Part shown: in pieces, positions 40,934-48,999 of the stretch
Position numbering within the stretch: the first letter of the stretch is position 1
How the letters are laid out: each line of letters opens with the position of its first letter
Assembly: GCA_965217895.1 (NCBI GenBank)
Contig: CBDCJV010000002.1
Span: 480,001-544,000, forward strand
DNA length: 64,000 nucleotides
Source: Waterburya sp.
Lineage (GTDB): Bacteria > Cyanobacteriota > Cyanobacteriia > Cyanobacteriales > Xenococcaceae
Reading direction: 5' to 3'
The notes under the pieces: generated by a model
Seen by the model: only the letters and a program-made list of their open reading frames with translations
The model's database searches: none
Told to the model about the DNA's origin: nothing
Program-made: the position numbers and the translations under genes

Positions 40934-41296
40934 TTAACTCATAACCCATTCCAAAGCTCGATCTCTTTCGTCAAAAGTAAAATGCTTGACTTCAATGCTA
41001 TAAAACAAAGTATTACCCAGTGCTGCCAAAGCTTCTAACCATTTGCGATCGCTGACAATTGCTTCTTTTTCAAAATCATTAAGATGCTGCAAACTGAATT
41101 TTAGGTCTTTAATAAATGCACCCAATGACATTCCCGACCAATTCTTGATCTCAGCATAGATTCTTAATTTTCCCTCCTGCTTCAGTCTTGGTTCAATCAA
41201 TTTAGTTATGCGATCGATATCTTCAGTATCAATCCAGCCATCAATATCCAAGCCAATAATATGGTCTGGTTTGTGAGGAATAAGTCGAACAGTCAT
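40934..41296 (-). CDS. STAS/SEC14 (SpoIIAA-like) protein
   Basis: DLKFSLQHLNDFEKEAIVSD..W..EVKHFTFDERDRALEW; start moved to MTVRL after an AGGAG RBS. Confidence 0.85.
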   Translation of the reverse strand: MTVRLIPHKPDHIIGLDIDGWIDTEDIDRITKLIEPRLKQEGKLRIYAEIKNWSGMSLGAFIKDLKFSLQHLNDFEKEAIVSDRKWLEALAALGNTLFYSIEVKHFTFDERDRALEWVMS

Positions 41297-41327
41297 AATT
41301 AATTCTCCTATTTTTTTCAAATCAAGC

Positions 41328-41942
41328 TCATGCACAAACAGTAGTTTCAACACTTTCACTAGAAGCTGAAACTTCTGGGACAGGAGTCTGAACGATCAAA
41401 ACCGAGCAGGGAGAGTGATGCACGACATAGTTGCTAACGCTACCCAAAAACAATTCTTTCAAACCAGAATGTCCTCGTCTGCCAATAACTACAATATCGG
41501 CATGACAAGACTGGGCAAAGTCACAAATAGTTGTGCTTGGATGTCCCGTAATTTGACTAAACTCTGTCTGAACTCCTGCTGCGTTTGCGGAGCTAGAGTG
41601 GGCGGAAATGCTGCTTCGCAAGCAGCTTATTCCACGCCCGCTAGAAGACATCGCTTTTTTCATATAAGAACGCATCATCTTGATTCCTTGCTGCTTAAAC
41701 TCTGACCATTCGCGATCAAATTCTTCGTTGGCTCGACGCATAATTCTCGGATCGACATGAATACAGCGATCTTTATGATGTACAAAGTAAGGAGACATCT
41801 GCGGAGTTCCTGATTCTTCGGCACACAATACATGAAGCAGAATTAAGTTTCCTCCAACAGCTTTAGCTAAAGATAGAGCCTCTTCAAACACCTGTTTACT
41901 TACTGTCGAACGGTCAATTGCCACCAATATTTTTTTGCTCAT
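41328..41942 (-). CDS. Universal stress protein carrying a 22-aa in-frame insertion
   Basis: KKILVAID, ADIVVIGRRGHSGLKELFLGSVSNYVVHHSPCSVLIV. Confidence 0.92.
   Translation of the reverse strand: MSKKILVAIDRSTVSKQVFEEALSLAKAVGGNLILLHVLCAEESGTPQMSPYFVHHKDRCIHVDPRIMRRANEEFDREWSEFKQQGIKMMRSYMKKAMSSSGRGISCLRSSISAHSSSANAAGVQTEFSQITGHPSTTICDFAQSCHADIVVIGRRGHSGLKELFLGSVSNYVVHHSPCSVLIVQTPVPEVSASSESVETTVCA
41584..41649. repeat. 66-bp nested short dispersed repeat inserted in HIP1 (GCG^ATCGC)
   Basis: GCG at 41581-41583 and ATCGC at 41650-41654 flank a GC-rich nested hairpin. Confidence 0.85.
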
Positions 41943-42029
41943 TTTTCAAACCTCTGTTAATAGTTAATAAGCAGCGATCGCCTCTTTCATTAGATTTTCA
42001 AAATTTGAGAGTGTGATTAAGACGCAGAA

Positions 42030-42578
42030 TTAAAATTCATTAGTAAGAAGTTCTTGTTGATCGACTGTTTTTTTTGATTCAGAAGATAATCGCTCGGACT
42101 CGGAATTTACGGAATTACGAACTATCAACACCGAGCAGGGTGCATGATGGGTTACATAGTTACTCACGCTACCAAGAAACATTTCTTTTAATCCTTTGAG
42201 TCCCCGACTACCAACCAAAATTAGATCAGCTGACCAATTACCTGCTAACTCACAGATCATCCGTCCTGGATTTCCAGTCAGTTGAGTAAATTCCGTATCT
42301 ACTCCTCTGGCTGTGGCTTCTTTAGTTAGGTCTTGAAGAAAATTTAGCCCCCATTGTCTATACTCTTTCAACTGTTTTTGGTACGCTTCGTATTCATGAT
42401 TGTCCACCATAGGAAAATAGGTATATGTGAGTAATTCTGGATAGTTCGCTTCCGTTTCGGACATGATATGAAGCAGCATTAATTCTGCATCATTAGTTTG
42501 AGCCAAAGATACAGCAGTCTTAAAAATAGATTGATTGTTTTCAAAGCGTTGTACAGCTACTAAAATTTTGTTAATCAT
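42030..42578 (-). CDS. Universal stress protein
   Basis: ADLILVGSRGLKGLKEMFLGSVSNYVTHHAPCSVLIV. Confidence 0.93.
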   Translation of the reverse strand: MINKILVAVQRFENNQSIFKTAVSLAQTNDAELMLLHIMSETEANYPELLTYTYFPMVDNHEYEAYQKQLKEYRQWGLNFLQDLTKEATARGVDTEFTQLTGNPGRMICELAGNWSADLILVGSRGLKGLKEMFLGSVSNYVTHHAPCSVLIVRNSVNSESERLSSESKKTVDQQELLTNEF

Positions 42579-42606
42579 GATGAATACCTTTTATTGAAGT
42601 TAGGAG

Positions 42607-43155
42607 TCAAGAGTCAGAGGTCAGAAGTTCTTGCTGGTTATCTGCTTTTTCTGACTCTGCCAGGGTTTGTTTGGCATCAACGTTAATTGAGGTTCGCATA
42701 ATTAAAACCGAACAGGGTGCATGATGGGTGACATAATTGCTAACGCTACCGAGAAACATTTCTTTAAGTCCCTTTAGTCCCCGACTACCGACCAAAATTA
42801 GATCGGCTGACCAATTACCTGCAAGTTCGCAAATCATGCGTCCTGGGTTTCCAGTCAGTTGAGTAAATTCCGTATCTACTCCTCTGGCTGTAGCTTCTTG
42901 GGTTAGGTTTTGCAGAAAATCTAATCCCCACTGTTTATATTTAGCCAGCTGTTTCTGATACGTATCGTATTCGCGATCGTCTTCGAGGAAATAATAAGTA
43001 TAAGTAGGCAGTATGGGATAACCTGATTCACTGCTGGAAACAACGTGAACCAGCATTAGCGATGCACCAGTAGTTTGGGCTAAAGATACTGCCGAATTAA
43101 AAATCGATTTACCGTTTTCAGAACGGTCTACGGCTACCAGAATTTTGTTAATCAT
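42607..43155 (-). CDS. Universal stress protein (tandem paralog)
   Basis: Same C-terminal USP motif block as the adjacent gene. Confidence 0.93.
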   Translation of the reverse strand: MINKILVAVDRSENGKSIFNSAVSLAQTTGASLMLVHVVSSSESGYPILPTYTYYFLEDDREYDTYQKQLAKYKQWGLDFLQNLTQEATARGVDTEFTQLTGNPGRMICELAGNWSADLILVGSRGLKGLKEMFLGSVSNYVTHHAPCSVLIMRTSINVDAKQTLAESEKADNQQELLTSDS

Positions 43156-43172
43156 GATAAATACCTCTTAAT

Positions 43173-43207
43173 GAAGTCAGAAGTCAGAAGTCAGGAGTCA
43201 GGAGTCA
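43173..43207. repeat. Heptamer tandem repeat (GA/GAGTCA)n overlapping the ppsA stop
   Basis: gaagtcagaagtcagaagtcaggagtcaggagtca; similar run at about 42603-42628. Confidence 0.8.
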
Positions 43208-45717
43208 AAACAAGATAACTGTTGTTCTACCTCAGCTATTTTTAGTCTAGTTTTGAGGACTGAATCGGGATTGAGACTGATTGAATCAATTCCTTCTTTG
43301 ACTAGAAATTCGGCAAATTCTGGGTAATCGCTGGGTGCTTGACCACAGATGCCGATTTTGCGCTGTTTGAGCTTGGCTACTCCAATTGCCATAGTTAGCA
43401 TGGCTTCTACCGCAGGATTTCGTTCGTCAAATAGATGTGATACTAAAGATGAATCGCGATCGAGTCCCAGGGTAAGCTGAGTCAAATCGTTTGAACCAAT
43501 CGAAAAGCCGTCAAACACTTCGCTAAATTCGGCTGCCAGCATTACGTTACTGGGAAGTTCGCACATGACGTATACTTGCAAATCATTTTCGCCTTTTACT
43601 AGTCCGTGTTTTGCCATTTCTGCTAGCACTTTACGTCCTTCATCGGGAGTGCGACAGAAGGGAATCATCGGAATCACGTTAGTTAAGCCCATTTCGTTGC
43701 GGACTCGTTTAAATGCTTGACATTCTAGGGCGAAGGCTTCGCGGTATTTGGGATCGTAATAGCGACTCGCACCGCGCCAACCCAGCATCGGGTTTTCTTC
43801 TTTTGGTTCAAACTGTTTACCACCCAAGAGATTGGCATATTCATTACTCTTAAAGTCCGACATCCTGACTATCACAGGCTTGGGATAGAATGCTGCGGCG
43901 ATGGTGGCGATACCTCGCGATAGTTTATCTACAAAGAAATCAGGTTTACTGGGGTAGTGGATTGTTTGACGGGCAACAGCCATTTTTTCTTGAGCATCTT
44001 TTAATTCGTCAAACCTCAGTAAAGCCAAAGGATGTACTTTGATGTGGTTGGCAATAATAAATTCTAGCCGTGCCAAACCCACACCGTCACAAGGTAAAGC
44101 TGACAAGCCGAAGGCTGATTCGGGATCGCCCACGTTCATCAAGATCTGAGTTTTGGTTTCAGGCAAGTTATTTAGCTCGATTGATTCTACGTTAAAGGGA
44201 ATTGAACCTGCATAAACTTTGCCCTGTTCTCCTTCAGCACAAGAGACGGTTACTTCTTGTCCTGTCTGAATACTATTGGTGGCATCATTACAGCCGACGA
44301 TCGCAGGAATACCCATTTCACGGGCAATAATAGCAGCATGACAGGTTCTACCACCCTGGTTAGTAACGATCGCACTAGCTTGTTTCATAATGGGTTCCCA
44401 GTCAGGATCGGTTTTGTTGGTAACTAAAACTTCTCCAGGCTGAAACTTATCGATGTCAGTTACTTCCAGAATGACTCTGGCGACACCCGCACCAATTTTC
44501 TCACCCACAGACCTACCTGTGGTTAGGATGTTATCCCCCGCAGCATCTAATTTATATGTCTGCAATACATTGGCAGTTTTTTGAGACTGGACGGTTTCTG
44601 GGCGAGCTTGAACGATGTATAGTTCTCCAGTTAGTCCGTCTTTTGCCCATTCAATATCCATCGGCGTATAGGTATTACGCACTTTTGAATAATAATCTTC
44701 AATCTGACAAGCCCATTTAGCTAGCTGTAAGATTTCATCATCATCAATGGCATATTCGACTCTTTCTAAGTGAGTTGTGGGTACGTTTTTAGTTAATTTA
44801 CTACCGCCAACGTCATACACCATCTTAATTTCTTTACTGCCAAGACGTTTATCTAAAATTGGCTTAAAGCCTTTGTTCAAAGTTGGTTTAAAGACAATAT
44901 ATTCGTCAGGATTGACCGCACCCTGAACCACGTTTTCACCCAAACCATAAGCAGCAGTAATTAAAGCTGCATCTTTAAAACCCGTTTCGGTATCGATGGA
45001 GAACATGACCCCAGAAGTAGCCAAATCCGATCGCACCATCTTTTGTACCCCAACTGAAAGAGCCACATCAAAATGGTCGAAGCCTTTAATACTACGGTAG
45101 GAAATTGCCCGATCTGTAAATAGAGAGGCAAAGCACTTATGACAGGCTTCTAGTACACCTTGAACGTCATGAACATTAAGATAGGTTTCTTGTTGTCCTG
45201 CAAAACTAGCGTCGGGTAAATCTTCGGCAGTGGCAGAAGAACGCACGGCTACGTCAACATTGTAAGTATACTTTTTGCAAACCTCTTTTTCTTCTCCTTT
45301 AAACTGTTCGCAGTAAGAGAAGTCAATACTATTTCTGACACAAAGCTGACTGTAAGCTTCGGTAATCGCCGTATTAAGTTCGGTGGGAAAAGGAGTATTG
45401 AGGATTAATGCCCTGGCTTGTCTGCCCCGCGATCGCAAATTACTCAGATCTTCGACATCTAAATCGGCAAATAGTTGACGCAGCTTGATTTCTAGCCCTG
45501 CCTGTTCGATAAAATAGCGATAGGCATAAGCTGTAGTAGCAAAACCTCCTGGCACATTAATTCCTTGGGGTGTTAGCTGTTGAATCATTTCTCCTAAAGA
45601 GGCATTTTTACCTCCAACGTGAGAAACATCGCTCATTCCTACGTCTTCAAACCAGAGAACTAAAGCTTGTTCTTTATCCTGTTGAGTTTGGCTGTGACGA
45701 TTTGCGGTTACGACCAT
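43198..45717 (-). CDS. ppsA: Phosphoenolpyruvate synthase
   Basis: VGGKNASLGEM, VRSSATAED, GGRTCHAAIIARE, FSIGSNDLTQ, GICGQAPSD. Confidence 0.97.
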   Translation of the reverse strand: MVVTANRHSQTQQDKEQALVLWFEDVGMSDVSHVGGKNASLGEMIQQLTPQGINVPGGFATTAYAYRYFIEQAGLEIKLRQLFADLDVEDLSNLRSRGRQARALILNTPFPTELNTAITEAYSQLCVRNSIDFSYCEQFKGEEKEVCKKYTYNVDVAVRSSATAEDLPDASFAGQQETYLNVHDVQGVLEACHKCFASLFTDRAISYRSIKGFDHFDVALSVGVQKMVRSDLATSGVMFSIDTETGFKDAALITAAYGLGENVVQGAVNPDEYIVFKPTLNKGFKPILDKRLGSKEIKMVYDVGGSKLTKNVPTTHLERVEYAIDDDEILQLAKWACQIEDYYSKVRNTYTPMDIEWAKDGLTGELYIVQARPETVQSQKTANVLQTYKLDAAGDNILTTGRSVGEKIGAGVARVILEVTDIDKFQPGEVLVTNKTDPDWEPIMKQASAIVTNQGGRTCHAAIIAREMGIPAIVGCNDATNSIQTGQEVTVSCAEGEQGKVYAGSIPFNVESIELNNLPETKTQILMNVGDPESAFGLSALPCDGVGLARLEFIIANHIKVHPLALLRFDELKDAQEKMAVARQTIHYPSKPDFFVDKLSRGIATIAAAFYPKPVIVRMSDFKSNEYANLLGGKQFEPKEENPMLGWRGASRYYDPKYREAFALECQAFKRVRNEMGLTNVIPMIPFCRTPDEGRKVLAEMAKHGLVKGENDLQVYVMCELPSNVMLAAEFSEVFDGFSIGSNDLTQLTLGLDRDSSLVSHLFDERNPAVEAMLTMAIGVAKLKQRKIGICGQAPSDYPEFAEFLVKEGIDSISLNPDSVLKTRLKIAEVEQQLSCFDS

Positions 45718-45805
45718 AAGTCTTACTCTCTCTAAACTTCACCTCTTGACATACGCTGTATTGGTAATGCTTTGAGGTTGTTAACTTAGTTATAGAAAAT
45801 GAATT

Positions 45806-45821
45806 TGAAGAACTTATGAGG
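45806..45821 (-). promoter_or_regulatory. Island box CCTCATAAGTTCTTCA upstream of the ppsA-usp-ldh-xfp-gpmA-ackA run
   Basis: Followed after 11 nt by TATAAC. Confidence 0.78.
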
Positions 45822-46076
45822 ATGGAAAATATTTCAACTTTGAATCGATCTATTTACAAAACTTTATGGGAACAATAATTGCGTAACTATCTTGTAGTAC
45901 TAGGAATAAAAACTAGTTTTTTCTTCTAATCCTTTAAATATGATGGGGCAGATAAAGCTAATGCTACGTAATCTTTTGAGACTTTTTGCCTGAGTCATTA
46001 ATAGTAAAGTTAGCTAGATTCAAAATAGTAACAGTGGCGATCAATCGCATTCTTAAATAGATACGGACTTCCTAGT

Positions 46077-46215
46077 TTAAGTCTGAGCCTCTAGCTGCAA
46101 TTTCACTCGAAGTACCTCTAATTCTGTAGTAGGATAACGCTCGAAACCAAAGCTTTGAACGAGGTTTAACATAGCAGTGTTATCAGCAAGAACCTCCCCC
46201 AGTAGCTCTTGTAAT
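46077..46215 (-). pseudogene. C-terminal remnant of a GNAT domain (Pat/acyl-CoA synthetase-GNAT-like)
   Basis: ITRATGEVLADNTAMLNLVQSFGFERYPTTELEVLRVKLQLEAQT* resembles the G.VL..N..ML.L...LGF tail of Pat-type acetyltransferases. Confidence 0.55.
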
Positions 46216-46399
46216 CAGACTTTTCCAATGTAGCCTCATCAGTTGCTACCAAAGCCGTTGAGTAAATATTGAAGACTTTCCAATTTTTAGCTCAATTGTG
46301 CCTAAGACTTTCTATTTAATGTATGTTCTCAATTTCGGAAAATTATCGTAGCAATAATGGCAAAGCGTTGTTATGATTGGGGCTGTTTTGAGAACTTGA

Positions 46400-47320
46400 T
46401 TGATGAGAACAGAAGATGTTATCGAAATAGCTGTTGAGAAACTTCAATCTCTTCCAGGGCATGAATTCGATTTACTTACAGTATCAAAGCCTATCTCCTC
46501 CGAATCTGCTCTTAACTTGGCTAAAGTTGTTTCAAAACTCTCTCCCTTACTAGGTAATTTAATTGAATTCAATATTGCAGAATTTTTGAACAGCCACGAA
46601 GATTTTAAAAATTTAGGAGAATGGAAACGTCAAGATCCTGGGTTTCCAGACACTATTTTTGATGGACAGGTAAAACCAACTCCAGGTTTTGAAATAAAAA
46701 CATGGTTTCCTTTATCAACTGAAATTACGGCTAGGTTTAAAGATAGCCAAAATCATTTTAAATCTGATAATACTTATGTTGTCTTGTTACCTTGGCTTCT
46801 TAGACAATTAATTTATGGCAAACCTTATTTATTGGATATTTGTATAGTTTCTGCTCGCTCTGTCGCTGAAGCGCGAGATCGTCATTATCATAATCCCCCT
46901 GATTATTTGGTGCTAGAACCTGAAGATACGGGTAAGCGTACTCGAAATTTACAGCAAACAAATACCAATGGTTATAAGTGGCAAGGAACTCCTACTCAAT
47001 TTGAAGAAGCTTGCAAGATAGTAGAAGAATGGGGCATAGATAAGATAGCTTATCAGCCAACAAGAGAGTATCAGGAGTTATTAAGACAGCTAATAAATCT
47101 CTTTCCATATAGGCTAGATACAAATTTTGCCAAAATAGATAGAATCGTCCACCCAGAAATAGAAAGCTTTAAAACAAAAGTATTACAAACAAATGTCTGT
47201 GATATGACTATCAAGAATTGGAATAAATTATTTAAAAACAAAGATATTAATACAATCAAATCGGTAATGAAAGAAAAATTATCTATTTACTCTACTGATA
47301 TTGATGACCTAATTCTTTGA
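46400..47320 (+). CDS. Putative type II restriction endonuclease (PD-(D/E)xK)
   Basis: GNLIE..RQDPGFPD..GFEIK motif; converges on a DNA methyltransferase. Confidence 0.7.
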   Translation: MMRTEDVIEIAVEKLQSLPGHEFDLLTVSKPISSESALNLAKVVSKLSPLLGNLIEFNIAEFLNSHEDFKNLGEWKRQDPGFPDTIFDGQVKPTPGFEIKTWFPLSTEITARFKDSQNHFKSDNTYVVLLPWLLRQLIYGKPYLLDICIVSARSVAEARDRHYHNPPDYLVLEPEDTGKRTRNLQQTNTNGYKWQGTPTQFEEACKIVEEWGIDKIAYQPTREYQELLRQLINLFPYRLDTNFAKIDRIVHPEIESFKTKVLQTNVCDMTIKNWNKLFKNKDINTIKSVMKEKLSIYSTDIDDLIL

Positions 47321-48356
47321 TTCTTTGAACACCATAATAGAAATAAGTCCAATCTATTTCACTGGCATATGCTTTTCTCTGTAACCTTTTAGCAGCAAGA
47401 GAAGCAGAGAACAAGCCACCAAATGGCTCCCAAATTACATCACCGACATCACTAGCTGATTCAATCAATAAACTCATCAAATCTAAAGGCTTTTGATTGA
47501 GATGAATGGCTTTACTGGAATCAATTGTTACTCTTTCTTGCCCACGAAGAGCGTTTCTTTCCCATACGTTTGTGTATCCATGAGGACATAAGAACTTAGA
47601 GCGCATTGAAGCCCATTCATCCTTGGTCATCGATCTTTTTTTATCGCGAGAAAAGTAAGGTTTCCCTTCTGGTTTGCCAAATTTGTTGGCGTAGATTACT
47701 AATTTCTCGAACATTTCTGGTGGCGGGAAGTACCAAAGATGACCTCGATCGAGATACTTTCTGGTAGCCACGTTTTTTACACCACAAGCTTCATTTGCTT
47801 TTTTCTTTGGAAGACCTGTGCGTATCCATTCCGATAGAAGCCATTCTTTTAATGATAGGTCATCTATACGAGCTTCAAGCACATATTGTACACAAACCTC
47901 TGTTACTACGGGAAATCGTCTTATTTTTTTGGTATTTACATTGCCAGCAATATGTCCCTTTCCCTTATTCCAAATATTACAGTTTACATATTTCCAACCA
48001 TACTTTTCTAAAATTGGATGAACTGAAGCCCAACCAATTTCTGAGTTCCAGAACCAGAGAGTTGTCTGAGGCGTTGCATATTTTGACCATGCTTTGACAT
48101 GAGGTTCGTACCATTTTGGTAGATTAAGATGATCTGAAGTGTCCCCCTGAAATCCCAAAATACCATATCCACCATCAGACACAATTACGGTTGGAGTTTT
48201 CCATTTGTGATAATGATCGAGACTATCACCATAAAATAATGAAAGATACGTATCTTTCCAATTGGTGAATGCTGGTTCTGAATCTAACGAAATTGTCTTT
48301 CCTCGACCCACTGTACTAGCCGTACTTGGTGGTGAAGAGCCTATGTTATTGCTCAA
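47292..48356 (-). CDS. Amino-DNA methyltransferase (N4C/N6A, beta-class motif order)
   Basis: Motif IV variant VSDGGYG near the N-terminus; HLNQKP and motif I IWEPFGG near the C-terminus. Confidence 0.85.
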   Translation of the reverse strand: MSNNIGSSPPSTASTVGRGKTISLDSEPAFTNWKDTYLSLFYGDSLDHYHKWKTPTVIVSDGGYGILGFQGDTSDHLNLPKWYEPHVKAWSKYATPQTTLWFWNSEIGWASVHPILEKYGWKYVNCNIWNKGKGHIAGNVNTKKIRRFPVVTEVCVQYVLEARIDDLSLKEWLLSEWIRTGLPKKKANEACGVKNVATRKYLDRGHLWYFPPPEMFEKLVIYANKFGKPEGKPYFSRDKKRSMTKDEWASMRSKFLCPHGYTNVWERNALRGQERVTIDSSKAIHLNQKPLDLMSLLIESASDVGDVIWEPFGGLFSASLAAKRLQRKAYASEIDWTYFYYGVQRIKELGHQYQ

Positions 48357-48514
48357 GCTAACTTTCCTTGCTACGCGACTTATATCTGATTATCCCACTC
48401 TAAGCTATGCAAATTTTCTAATTATCCTCGCGATAAAATTGCTTAGAATCGAAAGTCCGATCTATGTCGTATAAAGTAACTAATATTATACATAAATATC
48501 AAACAAAATGTACT

Positions 48515-48760
48515 ATGTCAGACAAAATGACTATCAGCTCTGCTCAATGTCGTGGTGCGCGAGCAATGCTGAATTGGTCACAGGAAGAATTGTCAAAGAA
48601 GGCTCACGTAGCAAGAGCGACCATTGCAGACTTTGAGCGTGAATTTCGCAAGCCTATTGCCAATAATCTTCTCGCTATTCAAAAGGCTCTAGAAAAAGGA
48701 GGGGTAGAATTTATTCAAAACGAAGGAAATGGAGAGGGTATTAAAATTTATCCACGATAA
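48515..48760 (+). CDS. XRE HTH protein (possible controller)
   Basis: SAQCRGARAMLNWSQEELSKKAHVARATIADFE..ALEKGGVEFI; start taken at MSDK. Confidence 0.85.
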   Translation: MSDKMTISSAQCRGARAMLNWSQEELSKKAHVARATIADFEREFRKPIANNLLAIQKALEKGGVEFIQNEGNGEGIKIYPR

Positions 48761-48839
48761 CGTTGTAATACTGAACTCAAATATCTTTCTTCATTAATTT
48801 TTTTAAAATACATCCAGCAAAGTAATCTTGGCTGATTGT

Positions 48840-48970
48840 GGTAATTGGGGTAGTTTGGCTTCACTACTACATGCGGCTAAAGCCTTTGTCTATCTCCATC
48901 ACTCCACCACTTCTCTATCTCCACCATCTCCACTATCTTCTATACTCCTTACTCCCTACTCCATAACCCC
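48840..48970. repeat. Composite intergenic repeat, copy 1
   Basis: ggtaattggggtagt, ctactacatgcggctaaagcctttgtc and tctccaccatctccc all recur at 56740-56828. Confidence 0.75.
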
Positions 48971-48999
48971 ATGCTGCGTAATATCAGTTACTTAAATAT

